64,000 nt of DNA from an uncultured Planctomycetota bacterium (GTDB lineage Bacteria; Planctomycetota; Planctomycetia; Isosphaerales; Isosphaeraceae), in NCBI GenBank assembly GCA_963845755.1, contig CAWJTV010000019.1:160001-224000 (forward strand), in the 5' to 3' direction. Position numbers and translations under genes: made by a program. The notes under the pieces were generated by a model. The model did not search any database. It had not been told where the DNA came from and was given only the letters and a program-made list of their open reading frames with translations. This document shows positions 22,975 through 35,111 of this stretch, in pieces; positions within the stretch are counted from its first letter, which is position 1, and each line of letters opens with the position of its first letter.

Positions 22975-24694
22975 TCAGTCCGGCGCGTCGGGGATCTTTC
23001 CTTTCTGATCCAGGATCCTCCAGGGCAGTACGCCGCCCTTGGCCATGCTGGTCAACACCGCCAGGCTGAAGAGGATCAGGCCGATGGCGATGTAGTCGAG
23101 GCCCGTCACGACGCGCCGGAGCGAGCCATAGCCCCGACAGCCAACGGCCACCAGCCAGGCGGCCAGGATGAGCCCGGCGGCCGCGAGCGAGGTCCGGTGT
23201 CCCAGCACGAAGCCGTAGCCCGCGATCACCAGGGCCATCGCCAGCGGGTAGGATTCCATCGCCCATGTCGGGACGGCCCCGGTTCGTTCGATGCGACCCG
23301 ACAATACGACGAGCGCGGCCAGCAGGGCCATCGTCGCTCCGGCGGCCCGGAGGATGTGCCCGAGCCGGTCGTCGAACGCCGCGCCGACGACCAGCACGGC
23401 AACCAGGATCAGGTGGAAGGCGACCGGTCCTTGATGACTCCCCGCGCCCGTCGCCGGCAAAGCGATCATCGCGGACGCCGCCAGCCCACCGGCCCCGATC
23501 AGGCAGCGCCAGGCATCGCGACGGCGCAAACCCATCGCCGTCTGCAAGGCGGCGGCCGTCAGGATCGGCAGCGCCCGCGGCGGGACGAGCTCGCCCAGGT
23601 CCAGCGTCTGTGGAGCGACAACTCCCAGCGTCACGATCGCCGCTGTCATCGCATCGAACGCCAACGGCACGCGTCGAACCATCGCATAGGCGTAGAATCC
23701 CGCCGAGGCCAGCAGGGTCAGGTAGAGCGGGGTCCCGCCGAGCCGGGAGATGAACCGGCCGAGGAACCACTGGTACGTCGGGTCGGCGCGATGACCGAAC
23801 AGTGTCAGGAAAACCAGGATCGCGGGGACGACCAAAGCCGCGTGGAGGACGCCGGCTCGTCGTCTCGACCAGCCCGATCTCCAGCAGGATCACGCCTATC
23901 GACAAACCCAGAGGCACCAGGAAGTACGGCCCGAAGATGTACGGCTCGGACTCGGCGGGCGGGATGTGGTGCATGGAGAAGCAGAGCAGGGCGGACCGCG
24001 CCGCGACTCCGAAGGCCAGCACGCCGAAGAGGGTCCAGGGATACCACGCCCAGGCCCAGGGGCTCCCGTTGTCGCGCACATAATCGCGCCCGCGGCGGAT
24101 CGCGGGCAGCAGCGTGAGGAAGACCAGTGCGGCGACGGGCGAGAAGCCGAACAGCGACCAGCCCAGCGACTCGCTCCGGGGGTAGTCCAGCACCGGGGTG
24201 ATCGCCACGGGATAGAGGAAGAACAGGGCCAGGATCACGTAGTACGGCACACGGAACAGCGGCGGCAGGTGCAGGCGGATCGACCGCAGCATCCCCTCGC
24301 TCACCAGCACGGCGAACAGCAGCCCCACGAGGTAGCAGACGACCCCGCGCGCCGGACTGATCGAGAGGACCTCGTCGAACGTCACCGACGTGGCCAGGAA
24401 CATCAGCACGACCAGCAGCAGCACCGTCCGGACGTCATCCCAGACGCCGACGAGCCGCACGAGCAGGCACGCCGTCACCGCCAGCAGCAGCGTGTATCCC
24501 GCCATCCCGAACAGGAGCGCCCAGGTCTGGTACGCATCGACCTGTGCCCCGAATGAGACCCACAATCCCAGGCAGACGAGCAAGGCACTGAGGACGTAGA
24601 ACGGATTGCTCGTGCAGACCCAACGGATCAAACCACGAGAGCCCCCGGCGAGCGCCGGCGGCGCGGACGCAGATCGGACATCGAGAAGAGTCAT
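22975..24694 (-). CDS. Multi-pass integral membrane protein of unknown function (frameshift near 23850)
   Basis: NPFYVLSA start motif and many hydrophobic segments across ORFs 22949..24805 and 22975..23835. Confidence 0.7.
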
Positions 24695-24984
24695 GATGTA
24701 AGCCCTTGATATGAGGATGCGGGCTTCGGGCACCGGATGAGCAAGAATACGGAGGTTGCCCGGTCCCGTCCCCGGATCATAACTCTTCCAGGACAACAGT
24801 CGCAAGAGGTGGACATCGAGCCGGGGCCGCCTCGCGCGGACCTTCCACGGGCCGCAGGCGATAGATCATGTCGCCGGGCTGCGTGTCGTACTTCGAGTCC
24901 TTCTGGCCGCCATCGTCCCGGCCGTCCTTGCCGACGGAGTAGACGACTGGCTGACCCTCGACCACGGCCAATCGCATCGGCTTG

Positions 24985-26335
24985 GGCGAACGGCAGAAAT
25001 TAATTTACCTGCAAGACAGGCGTTTTCGGCTTGATCGTGATGTCATACTTCGGTAACGCCGCCAAACGCTCCAGCGCGCTTCGTACTCCTTCATCTCCTT
25101 GGCCGGAACTCGTACGCCATCGGGATACTCGCCATGGAGCCGCTTCACCGTCGGGTGCCGACCCTTCCAGACCATCCGGAGGGCGCATTGCAGCACGACC
25201 TTCAGACAGGTCAATAAGACGCCGTTCCATTTCTTCTCCAACGCCGACCAGCAGCGTTCGATCGGATTGTATTTGCTGTGATAAGGGGGATAGTACACCA
25301 AGCGAATCTCCAACCCCGACCCGTCGGCGAATTCCACCATCCGTTTCAAGAACTGGGTCCGCCGGCCTGAGTTCTTCGGGCCGTTGTCGACGTAGATCAC
25401 CAAGCGTTTGATATGTCCCAAACCCGACCGGACCTCCAGCCACCACATCCTCAAGGCATCGACCCAGGCATCGCTGGTCTCGCGCTCGCCAAACAGAAGC
25501 ATCAACGCGCCCGTTGCCATCATCAGGACGCCGAAGGGGACCAGTTTCTCCTTGGCGGGCGGATCATGGTCCCATCCCTTGGTCACTTCACCGTCGGCGT
25601 CAGTCCGGGTTTTTTCCCCCCCGAGCGTAATCGCCCAATCCCACCTTGGCTTTGGTATCCATGGAGATCTCCAGAGTTTCCGGATCGGCCCGCGCCTGTT
25701 CCCGTACGGTCTTGATGTTGGCGAAGATCGCGTCGGTCTCTTTGGTCTTCTTCAGCGGTTTGCCCTTCTGAATCCGCTTGAGCCGATAGTTCATCCGATT
25801 GAGGATGTCCCGCATCGTGCGGCTCGCTGGGCAACTCCTCGAGGGCATAGCCCTTGGCGATCAGGGCGTCGCGCACCTCAGCCGCCGACAAGTTGGTGTA
25901 CCGCCGCGGCGACTTGAGTTCCGGATCGGCGTGCGAATGGGGTCCCACGATGGCGCGGATATCGGTCGCCAATTGGGGATCCTTGTCTTCGCTGCGCGGC
26001 CGGCCCCGTGCGGCAAAATCCTCCAGACACCGGAGGCCTTGCCGGGCCTCATGGAGTCCTTTCTCGACCGTCTCGCGCCCCCCAGCCGAAACGGCGTTCG
26101 GCTTTGCGAGCGCTGCCGTTGCATAATTCGGTAGCGACCTCGGCGAGGAACAAGCGGCGCTGGTATCCGGTCAGGCGCTGGCGCCGGAACGAAGCAAGTC
26201 ATCAACGCAGGCGGCGGACGTGTCCATGAGCGTGACCCCCCTCCTGAGACAAGACAATCCTCAAGGAACAGTCTCGCATCCCGCGGGATGGCCGGAAACC
26301 TCAGTTCTTGGGTAGGATTCCACCCACCGATCGCC
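24985..26335 (-). mobile_element. ISAzo13 family insertion sequence, 1351 bp
   Basis: Imperfect TIRs GGCGAACGG / GGCGATCGG; 3-bp direct repeat TTG at 24982-24984 and 26336-26338. Confidence 0.9.
25005..26227 (-). CDS. ISAzo13 family DDE transposase (split over several frames)
   Basis: LTGYQRRLFLAEV, TMRDILNRMNYRLKRIQKGKPLKK, ISMDTKAKV, DHD, VDNGPKNSGRRTQF, YYPPYHSKYNPIERCWSALE. Confidence 0.9.
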
Positions 26336-27952
26336 TTGCCGTCGTAGGGGTCGATCGGAATGGCCTTCAGGCCGGACTCCTTCATGGCCACCGTCAGGGC
26401 GCGGGGCAAGCCTCGGTGCGATAGCTCCCAGCGACGCATGATGATCAGACATTCGGTAGCGCGGAGGCTCGCCGTCTGTCGACCCGTGCCCTGTGCGAAG
26501 GCCCCGACGGCGGGCCCCAGTAGGTTGAGCAATGTCGAGACCGCGGGGTCGCCGCCATCCGCCCTCACTTCGGCGACCTTCGTGAGTCGTTCGGCGTACG
26601 GTAAGTCGTCCAGACTCAACAGCGTGCGGTAGTAATCATTAACAGCGCGCATTCCCCGAGGGGCTGCGGAAAGCGCGTGCTTCGCGATGGGGGCATCCGC
26701 GTCCTTGGGTGTCGTCCGGGATCCATCGGGGCGGCCGGGATTCGGCTTCGGGACAGCCTTGGCATTCGCCTTGCCGATATTGTCACCCAGGGCCTTGAAC
26801 AGATTGAATGGATTTCGATCGAGATCCCGGAACGCGGTGCGGGAGGTCACATACTCCGCGCGGAGCCCCTCGATATAGGCATTGCCCAAGGTCGCCTCAT
26901 GGCCAAGCAACAGCTTGAGCAGGCGGTCGCAGTGCTCGACGCGGAGCCCGGGGGCGGCCAGAATCGTCGCGATGATGTCGGTGCAGGTGACCTGAGTGAT
27001 GGCCGACGCCACCAGTTGGGTGATGATGGCCCCCCGAGGTTGCAGGTCGCGGACCAGCCGGAGGACCATCTCGACCTCGCGGATCGCCGCGTCGAAGTCC
27101 TGCCTCTCGGTGGCGCGCCGCACCCGCAACGACGAGATCCGCGCGACCTGTCGAGCCGCCTGGAGGTGGGGCCGTGACGCCGAAGGTCCCAGGCCGGTCT
27201 CGAAGACGCACCGGTCGCGCCGTTGGGCCTCGGCGAGCTTGCGGAACCCGACGTCGTAGAGCTTGATAACCTCGTCGATCTCCTGCGACGGAACGGACTG
27301 CGGATCGACCCGGAGCCGCTGGTACAGCGGAGTGTGGCGACCCATGTGAGCCTGGGCGGCCTCGCTTCGACGATCTCGTTCGGGACCTGCGGGAAAACAG
27401 ACGGCCACCTCGGAGTCGAACTCGAAGAAAGCGTCGAGGTAAAGCGGCGCGGCGTTTTGGTCTTGGGGCACGACGGCGAAGAGTTCGGCGACTTTGAAGG
27501 GCGCCTCGGCCCCGATCCAGTCCGGCGCCTTCGTGACCGCGCCCGGGATTATCGGGTAAGGATTACCCGTCACGGAGTTCTTGCCGTCTCGGGAGATCTC
27601 CTGTCCCGGCACCACGATTGCCCCGAGCCAGCACAGGGCCACCCCACAAACGACCGGGGCCATTCGTCTCCTCATACCGGGTCCGACGGGCTTTCGACGC
27701 ATGGTGGGGTCCTGAGATTGGTCCGGATCGTCCCGGCTCGTGGTCACGGATCGCTGGGGCGAGCCTCGCCTTATGATCGTTGTAATGTGCGTCTCGGACG
27801 AATGTCAATCGATCATTGCGTTGGCCGGGTTTCATGCCGTTCTCCGAGTAAAGTCATCGCCGGCCGGTCTCCGCATCCTATGGTCATTCAGGACGGATTT
27901 GCGTTAGCCTGGAGTGGTTGTTCCACGATGGCCCCACGATTGCGGAGGAACT

Positions 27953-29606
27953 ATGTCCTGGATGGTTCGATCGGTCCTCGTCGCCCTGGTGTTGGGATCC
28001 GGCATGTCGGCGTGCGCTCGGGGACAGTCGAGCGATTCGAGGGCGGATGCGATCGCCGACCCGGCGTGGCTGCGGGCGTTCCTGGAACGCGAGCGGCAGG
28101 CGCATCGATTGCCGGCCATCGCGGCGGCGGTCGTCATCGAGGGGAAGATCGTGGCGGCGTCGGCGGTAGGGATCCGGAAGGCCGGGTCTTCCATCCGCGT
28201 GACCCGGAACGACCCCTTCCACCTGGGTTCGCTCGTCAAGCCGATGAGCGCGACGATGTTCGCCGTACTGGTCGATCGGGGCCTGCTCCGCTGGGACATG
28301 ACGATGGCGGAGATGTTTCCCCAGCTAGTCAATACGATGAAGCCGGACTACCGCGGCGTGACGATCGAGCAGCTCTTGGGCCATATCGGCGGCTTCCCGT
28401 ACCAGCCGGAGACATCCGAGGGGATCACCGACGCGCGGGCGAGCACGCTGACGGGCCGCCGCTACGAATATGTCAAGGCCGCGATCGAGGATCCCCCCGC
28501 CGCGCCGCCCGGGACGAAGGTGATCTACTCGGGAGGGGGGATCGTGGTGGCCAGCGCGGCCGAACGCCTCAGCCGCCAGTCCTACGAGACCCTCATGCAG
28601 CGCTACCTGTTCAAGCCCCTGGGCATGGCCCACGCCGGGTTCGGCAACACGGCGGCGACGCACGGGCGGATCGACGGCCCCTGGAGCCACGTCATCAAGG
28701 CCGACGCCGTCACGCCGATCCCCCCCGATCGATCGCAGGCGGTCCAGACCCGGGCCCCGGTCGGCCGGAATGCGTACTGCTCGATCGTCGACCTGGCCCG
28801 CTTCGCCGCGCTCCACATCCAAGGAGCGGCGCGGCCAGAGCCAGTTCCTCCGGCCCGAGACCTTCCGGCGGCTGCACACCGCCGTGTCCCCGGGCAACTT
28901 CGCGCCGGGCTGGGCGATCGAGCACCCCGAGTGGTTTAAGGGCACCGTGCTGGCACACAACGGGAGCAACGGCCAGAACTACGCGGTCTGTCGCATGGCT
29001 GCCGAGGAGGGCTTTGCCATCTGCGTGATGACCAACCTGGGCGGCGAGGAGGCCAACGGCGCCTGCGAGTCGGTCCTCGCCTGGCTGGGCGCCCGGAGCC
29101 TCCGCGGGCGGTTCACCGACGACGGCAGCCTGGCCGCCCGTCCCACTCCTCCGCACCCCGACATCCTTCTGGAAAGCCTCGCGCCGGAGAAGGCCACCAC
29201 GGGATTCGGACAGGTCCGGATCAAGAAGACGGCTGCGGATACGCCGATCTCGCTCGACGGGGTCACCTACTTTCATGGCATCGGCGTGCATGCCAACTCC
29301 GAGCTGCTCTACGCGCTGAAGCCCGACTACCGGCGGTTCGTCGCCCAGGTCGGCATCGACGACAAGCAGACCTGGCACGGCACCATCGTGGTGAAGGTCT
29401 ATGCCGGGACCAAGCTGCTCCTCGAGACGGGGGTCATCCGGGGCGGCGATTCGCCCTGGGGCATCGACGTCCCCCTGCCCAAGGTCGTCAACGGCCGCCC
29501 ACCGCAGCAGCTCCGACTGGTGGTCAACGGCACCCCCGACGGCATCGATTGGGACCTGACCGACTGGATCCACGCGGGATTCCTGACCGGCCAACAGGGC
29601 GGGTGA
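27953..29606 (+). CDS. Secreted serine hydrolase (beta-lactamase family) with C-terminal NPCBM/NEW2 domain (frameshift near 28825)
   Basis: FHLGSLVKPM (SxxK), PGTKVIYS, LAHNGSNG; C-terminus GVTYFHGIGVHANSELLY...RRFVAQVGIDD...QLRLVV...DWIHAGF. Confidence 0.85.
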
Positions 29607-29644
29607 GTCGCCACCCGTCCGCCTCTTCCCCCAAGGCACCTCGC

Positions 29645-29820
29645 GGGAATCCGGAATCGGGAATCGGGGATCTCGAATCCGGAATCGGGGATCTCGAATC
29701 CGGAATCTCGAATCCGGAATCTCGAATCTCGAATCGGGGATCTCGAATCCGGAATCTCGAATCTCGAATCGGGAATCCGGAATCTCGAATCGGGAATCCG
29801 GAATCTCGAATCCGAAATTC
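29645..29820. repeat. Heptamer tandem array (GAATCTC / GAATCCG / GAATCGG), about 25 units
   Basis: Directly visible between two convergent genes; same unit family as the arrays at 43020-43845. Confidence 0.95.
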
Positions 29821-29857
29821 TTCAGGGATTGTGGCCGTCGCCGACACAGCAGGCCGG

Positions 29858-31089
29858 CTATGGGGCGCACTCCGGCATATTGGTCAAGGCGAGGCTGACC
29901 TTCTCCTTCATCTGGCCCAGCGCATCCTTGTAGAGCAGGTGCTCGACCTCTTCGGACGGCGCCGATCCGACCGCCAGGCTTCTGGACAGATAGGCGGGAA
30001 GATCGGGGACCGGGACACGCGACCGCGCGCCGGAAAGGTCTGCCACTTCTCGACGCCATGAGCGGTCAACATCAAGTTGACCCGGATCAGGGTCACCCGG
30101 CTTTCCGACGACAGGTAGGTGCCTTCCCGCTGCTCGGCGACGCGGATTTGCAGGCGATACCGGGCCCGCTTCCAGGAGTCGGCCCAGGGCGACTCCGCGC
30201 GATAGGGGAGATACCCTTTGCCCTCCAGGCCCTTCAGGACGACCGGTATCAGACTCGAGGTGAAGGACGCCTCCGAACCGAAGACGAACTTGCCCTGGAT
30301 CGGCGCGACGACGACTCCATGGCTCGCCAGCAGACGGGTGACCAGCTCCTCGGTCGCCTGTCGCCGGGTTTGCCGGCCTGCGGCGTCCAGGTGCTTGAGG
30401 AGCTTGGCGATCCGATCGCAGGACTGGAGCGCGACGACGACCTTACCGTCGCGGAACGACCGCTCGGCCGAGGCCAGCTCGACGTCCAGGTGTTGACCGA
30501 CCTTCGATCGAAAGCGCTGGGCGATCCGGGACCCGAGGGGCTCGAGGTCGGGATCGCGCTCGCTCCGGGCGATCAGGTTCAACCACTCCCCCAGGGGCAG
30601 CGATAACGGGGCGTTCTGGTCGAGAGCGTCGAGGGCCTTCTCGGCATCCCGGCGCGCGAGGTCCTGGCGGCGCGTCCGTTGTGCCTCCCACATCTCCTCC
30701 TGGGGCGATCCCTCGGCCGACCGGGCGAGCTCCAGCGCCGCATCGAGGTCGATCAGGGCCTCACCGAGATGCCCGGCCTGTTCGTGGGCCTCGGAGGACG
30801 CGATCATCCGGTGGATCGAGGCGGCTCGCCGCGACTGCTGGTCCTTCCGCCAGAACCGCACGCTGCCCCAGGTCAGGATCGCCGCGAGCGACAGGCCGAT
30901 CGCCAACCATGCCCAGATGGCCCATCTCGGCCAGGAACGCCGCCGATTCCGCGACGCCCCCGGGACGCGCGGCAAGTAGGGGACTTCCAGAAGTTGCTGG
31001 CAGAACCCGCATCGGACCTGTCGCCCGGGTGCCAGGCCCCGCAGTTCGACGATGCCGCCGCATTCCGGACAGGCGAACGACCCGTTCAT
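29858..31089 (-). CDS. Zn-ribbon + TM + helical hypothetical protein (frameshift near 30030)
   Basis: FACPECG...VRCGFCQ, TM WAIWAWLAIGLSLAAILTWG. Confidence 0.65.
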
Positions 31090-31264
31090 CGCGCCACTCT
31101 CTCTGGTCCGGTCCTTTCCGCGATGGACCGCCGATGCCCCAGCTCATTCCCTCCAGGATAGCGTCAATCACCGCCGTTTGGGATCGCAGTCGAGGACAAT
31201 CTCCGCGGGACATGGCCGGGACGCACCGTTTGTGCCCGAAGTCGGGGCGATCCGGCCCGGCCCG

Positions 31265-32318
31265 CTACTCCGTCCTGGTGACAAATGCGGGCGAGATGTG
31301 AATGACGCATCCGCCCGTGCCGCCCGGCAAGAGCAAGGTCACGTCCAGCTCGAACTTCGCGGCCGCCCCGTCGACCACGAGGACATCGTCATACGTTTCC
31401 TTGGAGGCCATTTTCCGTTCGGCTTCCTTCGGTGCCGCCACCGGGTTCAGGCCGATCGGCGACAGATTCTGATTGCGGATGGCGGTGTTCTTGCCGGGCT
31501 TCGACCAGTAGCGATAGCTCCGGGGCCCGGGCGCGAGATTGGTAACGCGCACGGTGATAAACATTTGCGGCAGAATGCCCAGGCCCTCGAGCCGTCCCAC
31601 TTCCGCCTTCTGGACACACACTTCCCAATCGCCGACTTTCACGGGTTTTCCCGCGTCGGCTTTGACCAGGGCCTGGGGTGGCGGCGGGGTTGCGGGTTCA
31701 GCCGGCGTCACGCCCTTCCCGGCCTTCTTCTTGGCCGCGACCGCCTCGGCCTTGGCCATTTCCTCGCGATAGTTCTTGGCGGTGTCGCTTTGCGATTGAA
31801 TGTATCTCCACAGCCAACTCAACCCCACAAACGAGGCATATCCCACCCCCAGGAGCACGACGGTCAGGACCACGGCCATCTGATATCGTGACTCGCCGAA
31901 GCGGACCTGCTTCCCGCCGATGAGCCGTTCCTTCGAGCTCCGGGCGGCCAGCGCCGTGGGATTGTCCACCAGCTTGGAATTGGTGAGGGACGTGTAGCGG
32001 CCCACCGGTTCATCATCGTCCACGGGGACCCTCCGAGCCACCGGGATCATCGTCGGCCAGCCGTTCGCGCAACGGCCGCTCGGCGACCCGCTGACCCCCT
32101 CGGCTCCCGGTCGAGCCGCGATCGTCGTCATCCAGCAGCTCGGCCAGCGGAATGCTCTCGATGGCCTCACCGGGACCGTCGGCGACCGGTCCGTTCTCGG
32201 CGGGGCGGTACGGGAACTGTTTGCCGCAGTGCTTACAGGTGACCTTGGCACCCGCTGGTACGACTTTAGCCGTCCTTGCAGCGTTCCCGCAGTGCGGGCA
32301 TTGCAAGATTGTCGCCAT
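31265..32318 (-). CDS. Zn-ribbon + linker + TM + Ig-like (DUF4352-like) hypothetical protein (frameshift near 32050)
   Basis: LQCPHCG...VTCKHCG, TM MAVVLTVVLLGVGYASFVGLSWLW, VKVGDWEVCV...ITVRVTN. Confidence 0.6.
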
Positions 32319-32694
32319 CGTTGGGATCCTTGTGATGATCAACCTTTCGTTGAGACCTGGGCGAACGGTCTTCGACGTTGACCTGCATGCGAGCGGTCTC
32401 ACAAACGATCACCAGGACCGCCTGGGACCCGAATCGGAATCTCCCGGGATCGGTCGAGGTGCGGGACATTCGGCCTGGCGGTACGCATATCGCCCGAGCC
32501 GCCCCGCTCGTCGCGTTGAGTTTTTCCAACACCGGAATCCGCAGCACATCGTGCGTCCATCGACCCCATCAGCGACCAGGCGGATCTTCCTGAACGGATG
32601 TCGATAGATCCGACACACGATTCCTGGTTCCACGAGCGTCATGCCCTGTGGAGTCAGTGATCGAGAACCGGCCCGCGAACGGCATCCGGTCTTT

Positions 32695-32754
32695 GTCGGG
32701 TGGGTGAAACCCACCGAGATCGGGGCCATTCCTGGTGGGTTTCACCCACCCTAC
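32695..32754. repeat. REP-like doublet
   Basis: GTCGGGTGGGTGAAACCCACC ... GGTGGGTTTCACCCACCCTAC; each half is palindromic and the halves are inverted, with a GTAG-type end. Confidence 0.8.
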
Positions 32755-32892
32755 CGGATTCTCAGGCAAACCCCTGAACGCCAACGTAGTCACCATCAAT
32801 GGTATTGCCAAATGGCTCAAAACGCAAGCCAGAATCGGTTGAGGAAGGCCTCCGCAAGTTGCACGCATTACGGCACTCACGAAATCGATCTC

Positions 32893-33150
32893 AGAGTCTG
32901 TTCCCTAAGTCCCCTCCTGAGCCCCCGGATGGGGGCGGAAGCACGTAGCCAGGGGCGTGAGCCCCTGGACGAGGGGAGTTCCTCCGATCCGGGAAGCCCC
33001 GGAGGGGCGACAGAAAGCCTGTGGCTCTGGGGACTTCTGTCGCCCCTCCCGGGGCTCGAACGACGGTTGAGGGGGTCGCGGTCGATCATCCAGGGGCTCA
33101 CGCCCCTGGCTACGTCCGGTCGCCCCTCTGGGGCTTTGGGAACAGACTCT
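32893..33150. mobile_element. MITE-like element, copy 1 (about 258 bp)
   Basis: TIRs AGAGTCTGTTCC / GGAACAGACTCT; nested internal palindromes (CCAGGGGCGTGAGCCCCTGG); near-identical to 34814-35070. Confidence 0.8.
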
Positions 33151-33373
33151 CAACGAAAAACGCCCGGCGGAAGTCCCTCAATGGGACTTTCCCGGGCGTC
33201 GTCCAGACCACTCGCCAACCGCGCGACGCGAAACGCCGGCTTGACCGTTTCGTTTCGATCAAGTCCGGCGCAGCCACACTCTCATCAAACACTCACACTC
33301 TCGTCCATTCGCGACCGACCGATCCGATCGGCAAGGACCGCTCGGATCGGCCGCCCGATGGAGATTGCTCAGC

Positions 33374-34674
33374 TCACGGCACGAAGGCGTCTTGCGAGAG
33401 CGGCATCTGCTTGCAGTACAGCGGCAGCCGGCTGCCGGCGGGCGTGATCAGCTTCGAGTAGACGGTGCCGTCGATCGTGTTGGGGGTGAACCGCACGGCG
33501 CCGTCGCAGAACATCATGTTGCTGCCGCCAGGATGGCCGCTGTTGGTGAACGGGAACGAGCCCTCGATCGTCAGGCCGGCTTGCTGGGCGAAGTTGATGT
33601 TCTCGAAGGTGCCGACCTTGTTCGTGAAGGACCAGCCCACTCCGTCGAGGTCGCCGGAGACCGTACCGGCGCCGAGCTGACGCTCGCCGGGGCCAGTGTG
33701 CCCGACGTACAGTTGTAGGTGGCCGTTGCGCAGATCGCAGACGAGCCGATGAACATGCTCAGGGTCGGCTGCGGTGCGGACCAGTTCCCCTCCAGAGTGC
33801 CGGTGAATGCACTCGGATTGGCGACGCCGGTCAGCGTGTTCTCGCTCATCAGGAGCGTGCTGCTCGAACCGTCGGAGAGGCTCGTCAGGGTCGACCGCAC
33901 GTTCCAGGGGATCTTGACCTGCACGCCTTGCGGGAACGTCGAATTCAGGAACATCACGCCGAGCTTCTGGGTCACACCCATGGTGCTGAGGTAATTCGCG
34001 GGCGCGCTACCCGGCGCCCAGGTCATGATCTGGGGGGTCTGCCCGCCGTCGATCTGCGAGCCGATCAAGCTGTAGGGGATGGCATGCCACAGTGTGAACC
34101 CGCCGTTGACCGCATAGCTCATGTTCCCCTGGTTGGGCTGGGCCGTGACGTCATCCGGGCACTTCAAGACGCCGATGGCCGTGTTGCCGATCGTGTAATT
34201 GCTCGCCTGGCCGGCGATGTAGTTCGTCGGGTCGTAATAGCTCACCGCTCCGTTCCCGGTCGACGAGGTGGTCGGCGGGAACATCGTCCACTGGTTGAAC
34301 ATGTCCTGGGCTTCCATGTAGGGAAGGATCGGGACGACCCAGCTATACATGGGAACCGCGGTCTGTCTTGGGGTGCCGCCGGGCATGAAGCCGTTGATGA
34401 CCGACTGGCTCGGATCGATCGTGCCGGAGGTCAACGAGGTCAGGGTCGTGGCGTCCTCGCAGAACTCACCGGCCGGGGGGAAGGCATTCTGGCTGTTGAC
34501 GTACTGGAGGATGGCCAGGCCAACGTTGCGCATGTTACTGGCGCACTGGGTGCGCCGGCCCGCCTCGCGGGCGGACTGGACGGCGGGCAACAAGAGGCCG
34601 ACGAGGATGCCGATGATGCTGATCACCACCAGCAGCTCGATCAGCGTGAAACCGCGGCGACGGCGAGTCTTCAT
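33374..34674 (-). CDS. DUF1559 prepilin-type protein with H-X9-DG motif (frameshift near 33660)
   Basis: [81 protein letters not shown]. Confidence 0.93.
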
Positions 34675-34813
34675 GAGTGGTCCTTTCCGAGAATGAGAGT
34701 GGGCTGAACTTAATTCTAACTCCGGACTGGGGGCTTCGACAAGGTTCTTGGTCAGTGAGTAGTCGTCAGTAGTCAGTTGTCATTTGTCAGGAACCGCGCC
34801 TCATCCGGTCTTG

Positions 34814-35070
34814 AGAGTCTGTTCCATAAGTCCTTTCCTGAGCCCCCGGATGGGGGCGGAAGCACGTAGCCAGGGGCGTGAGCCCCTGGACGAGGGGAGT
34901 TCCTCCGATCCGGGAAGCCCCGTAGGGGCGACAGAAACCCTGTGGTTCTGAGGACGTCTGTCGCCCCTCCGGGGCTCGAAGGACGGTCGAGGGGGTCGCG
35001 GTCGATCGTCCAGGGGCTTGCGCCCCTGGCGACGTCCGGTCGCCCCTCTGGGGCTTTGGGAACGGACTCT
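34814..35070. mobile_element. MITE-like element, copy 2
   Basis: Same TIRs and interior as 32893-33150, same orientation. Confidence 0.8.
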
Positions 35071-35111
35071 GAACACTGAAAACTGAACACTGAAAACCAG
35101 GAGCGAAGCGA

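Larger units (their letters stand above)
24777..27747 (-). pseudogene. Exported helical protein gene interrupted by ISAzo13
   Basis: 5' part ends ...IPIDPYDGK at about 26336; 3' part resumes PMRLAVVEGQPVVYSVGKDGRDDGG at about 24980. Removing the IS and one CAA restores D-G-K-P-M in frame. Confidence 0.85.
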
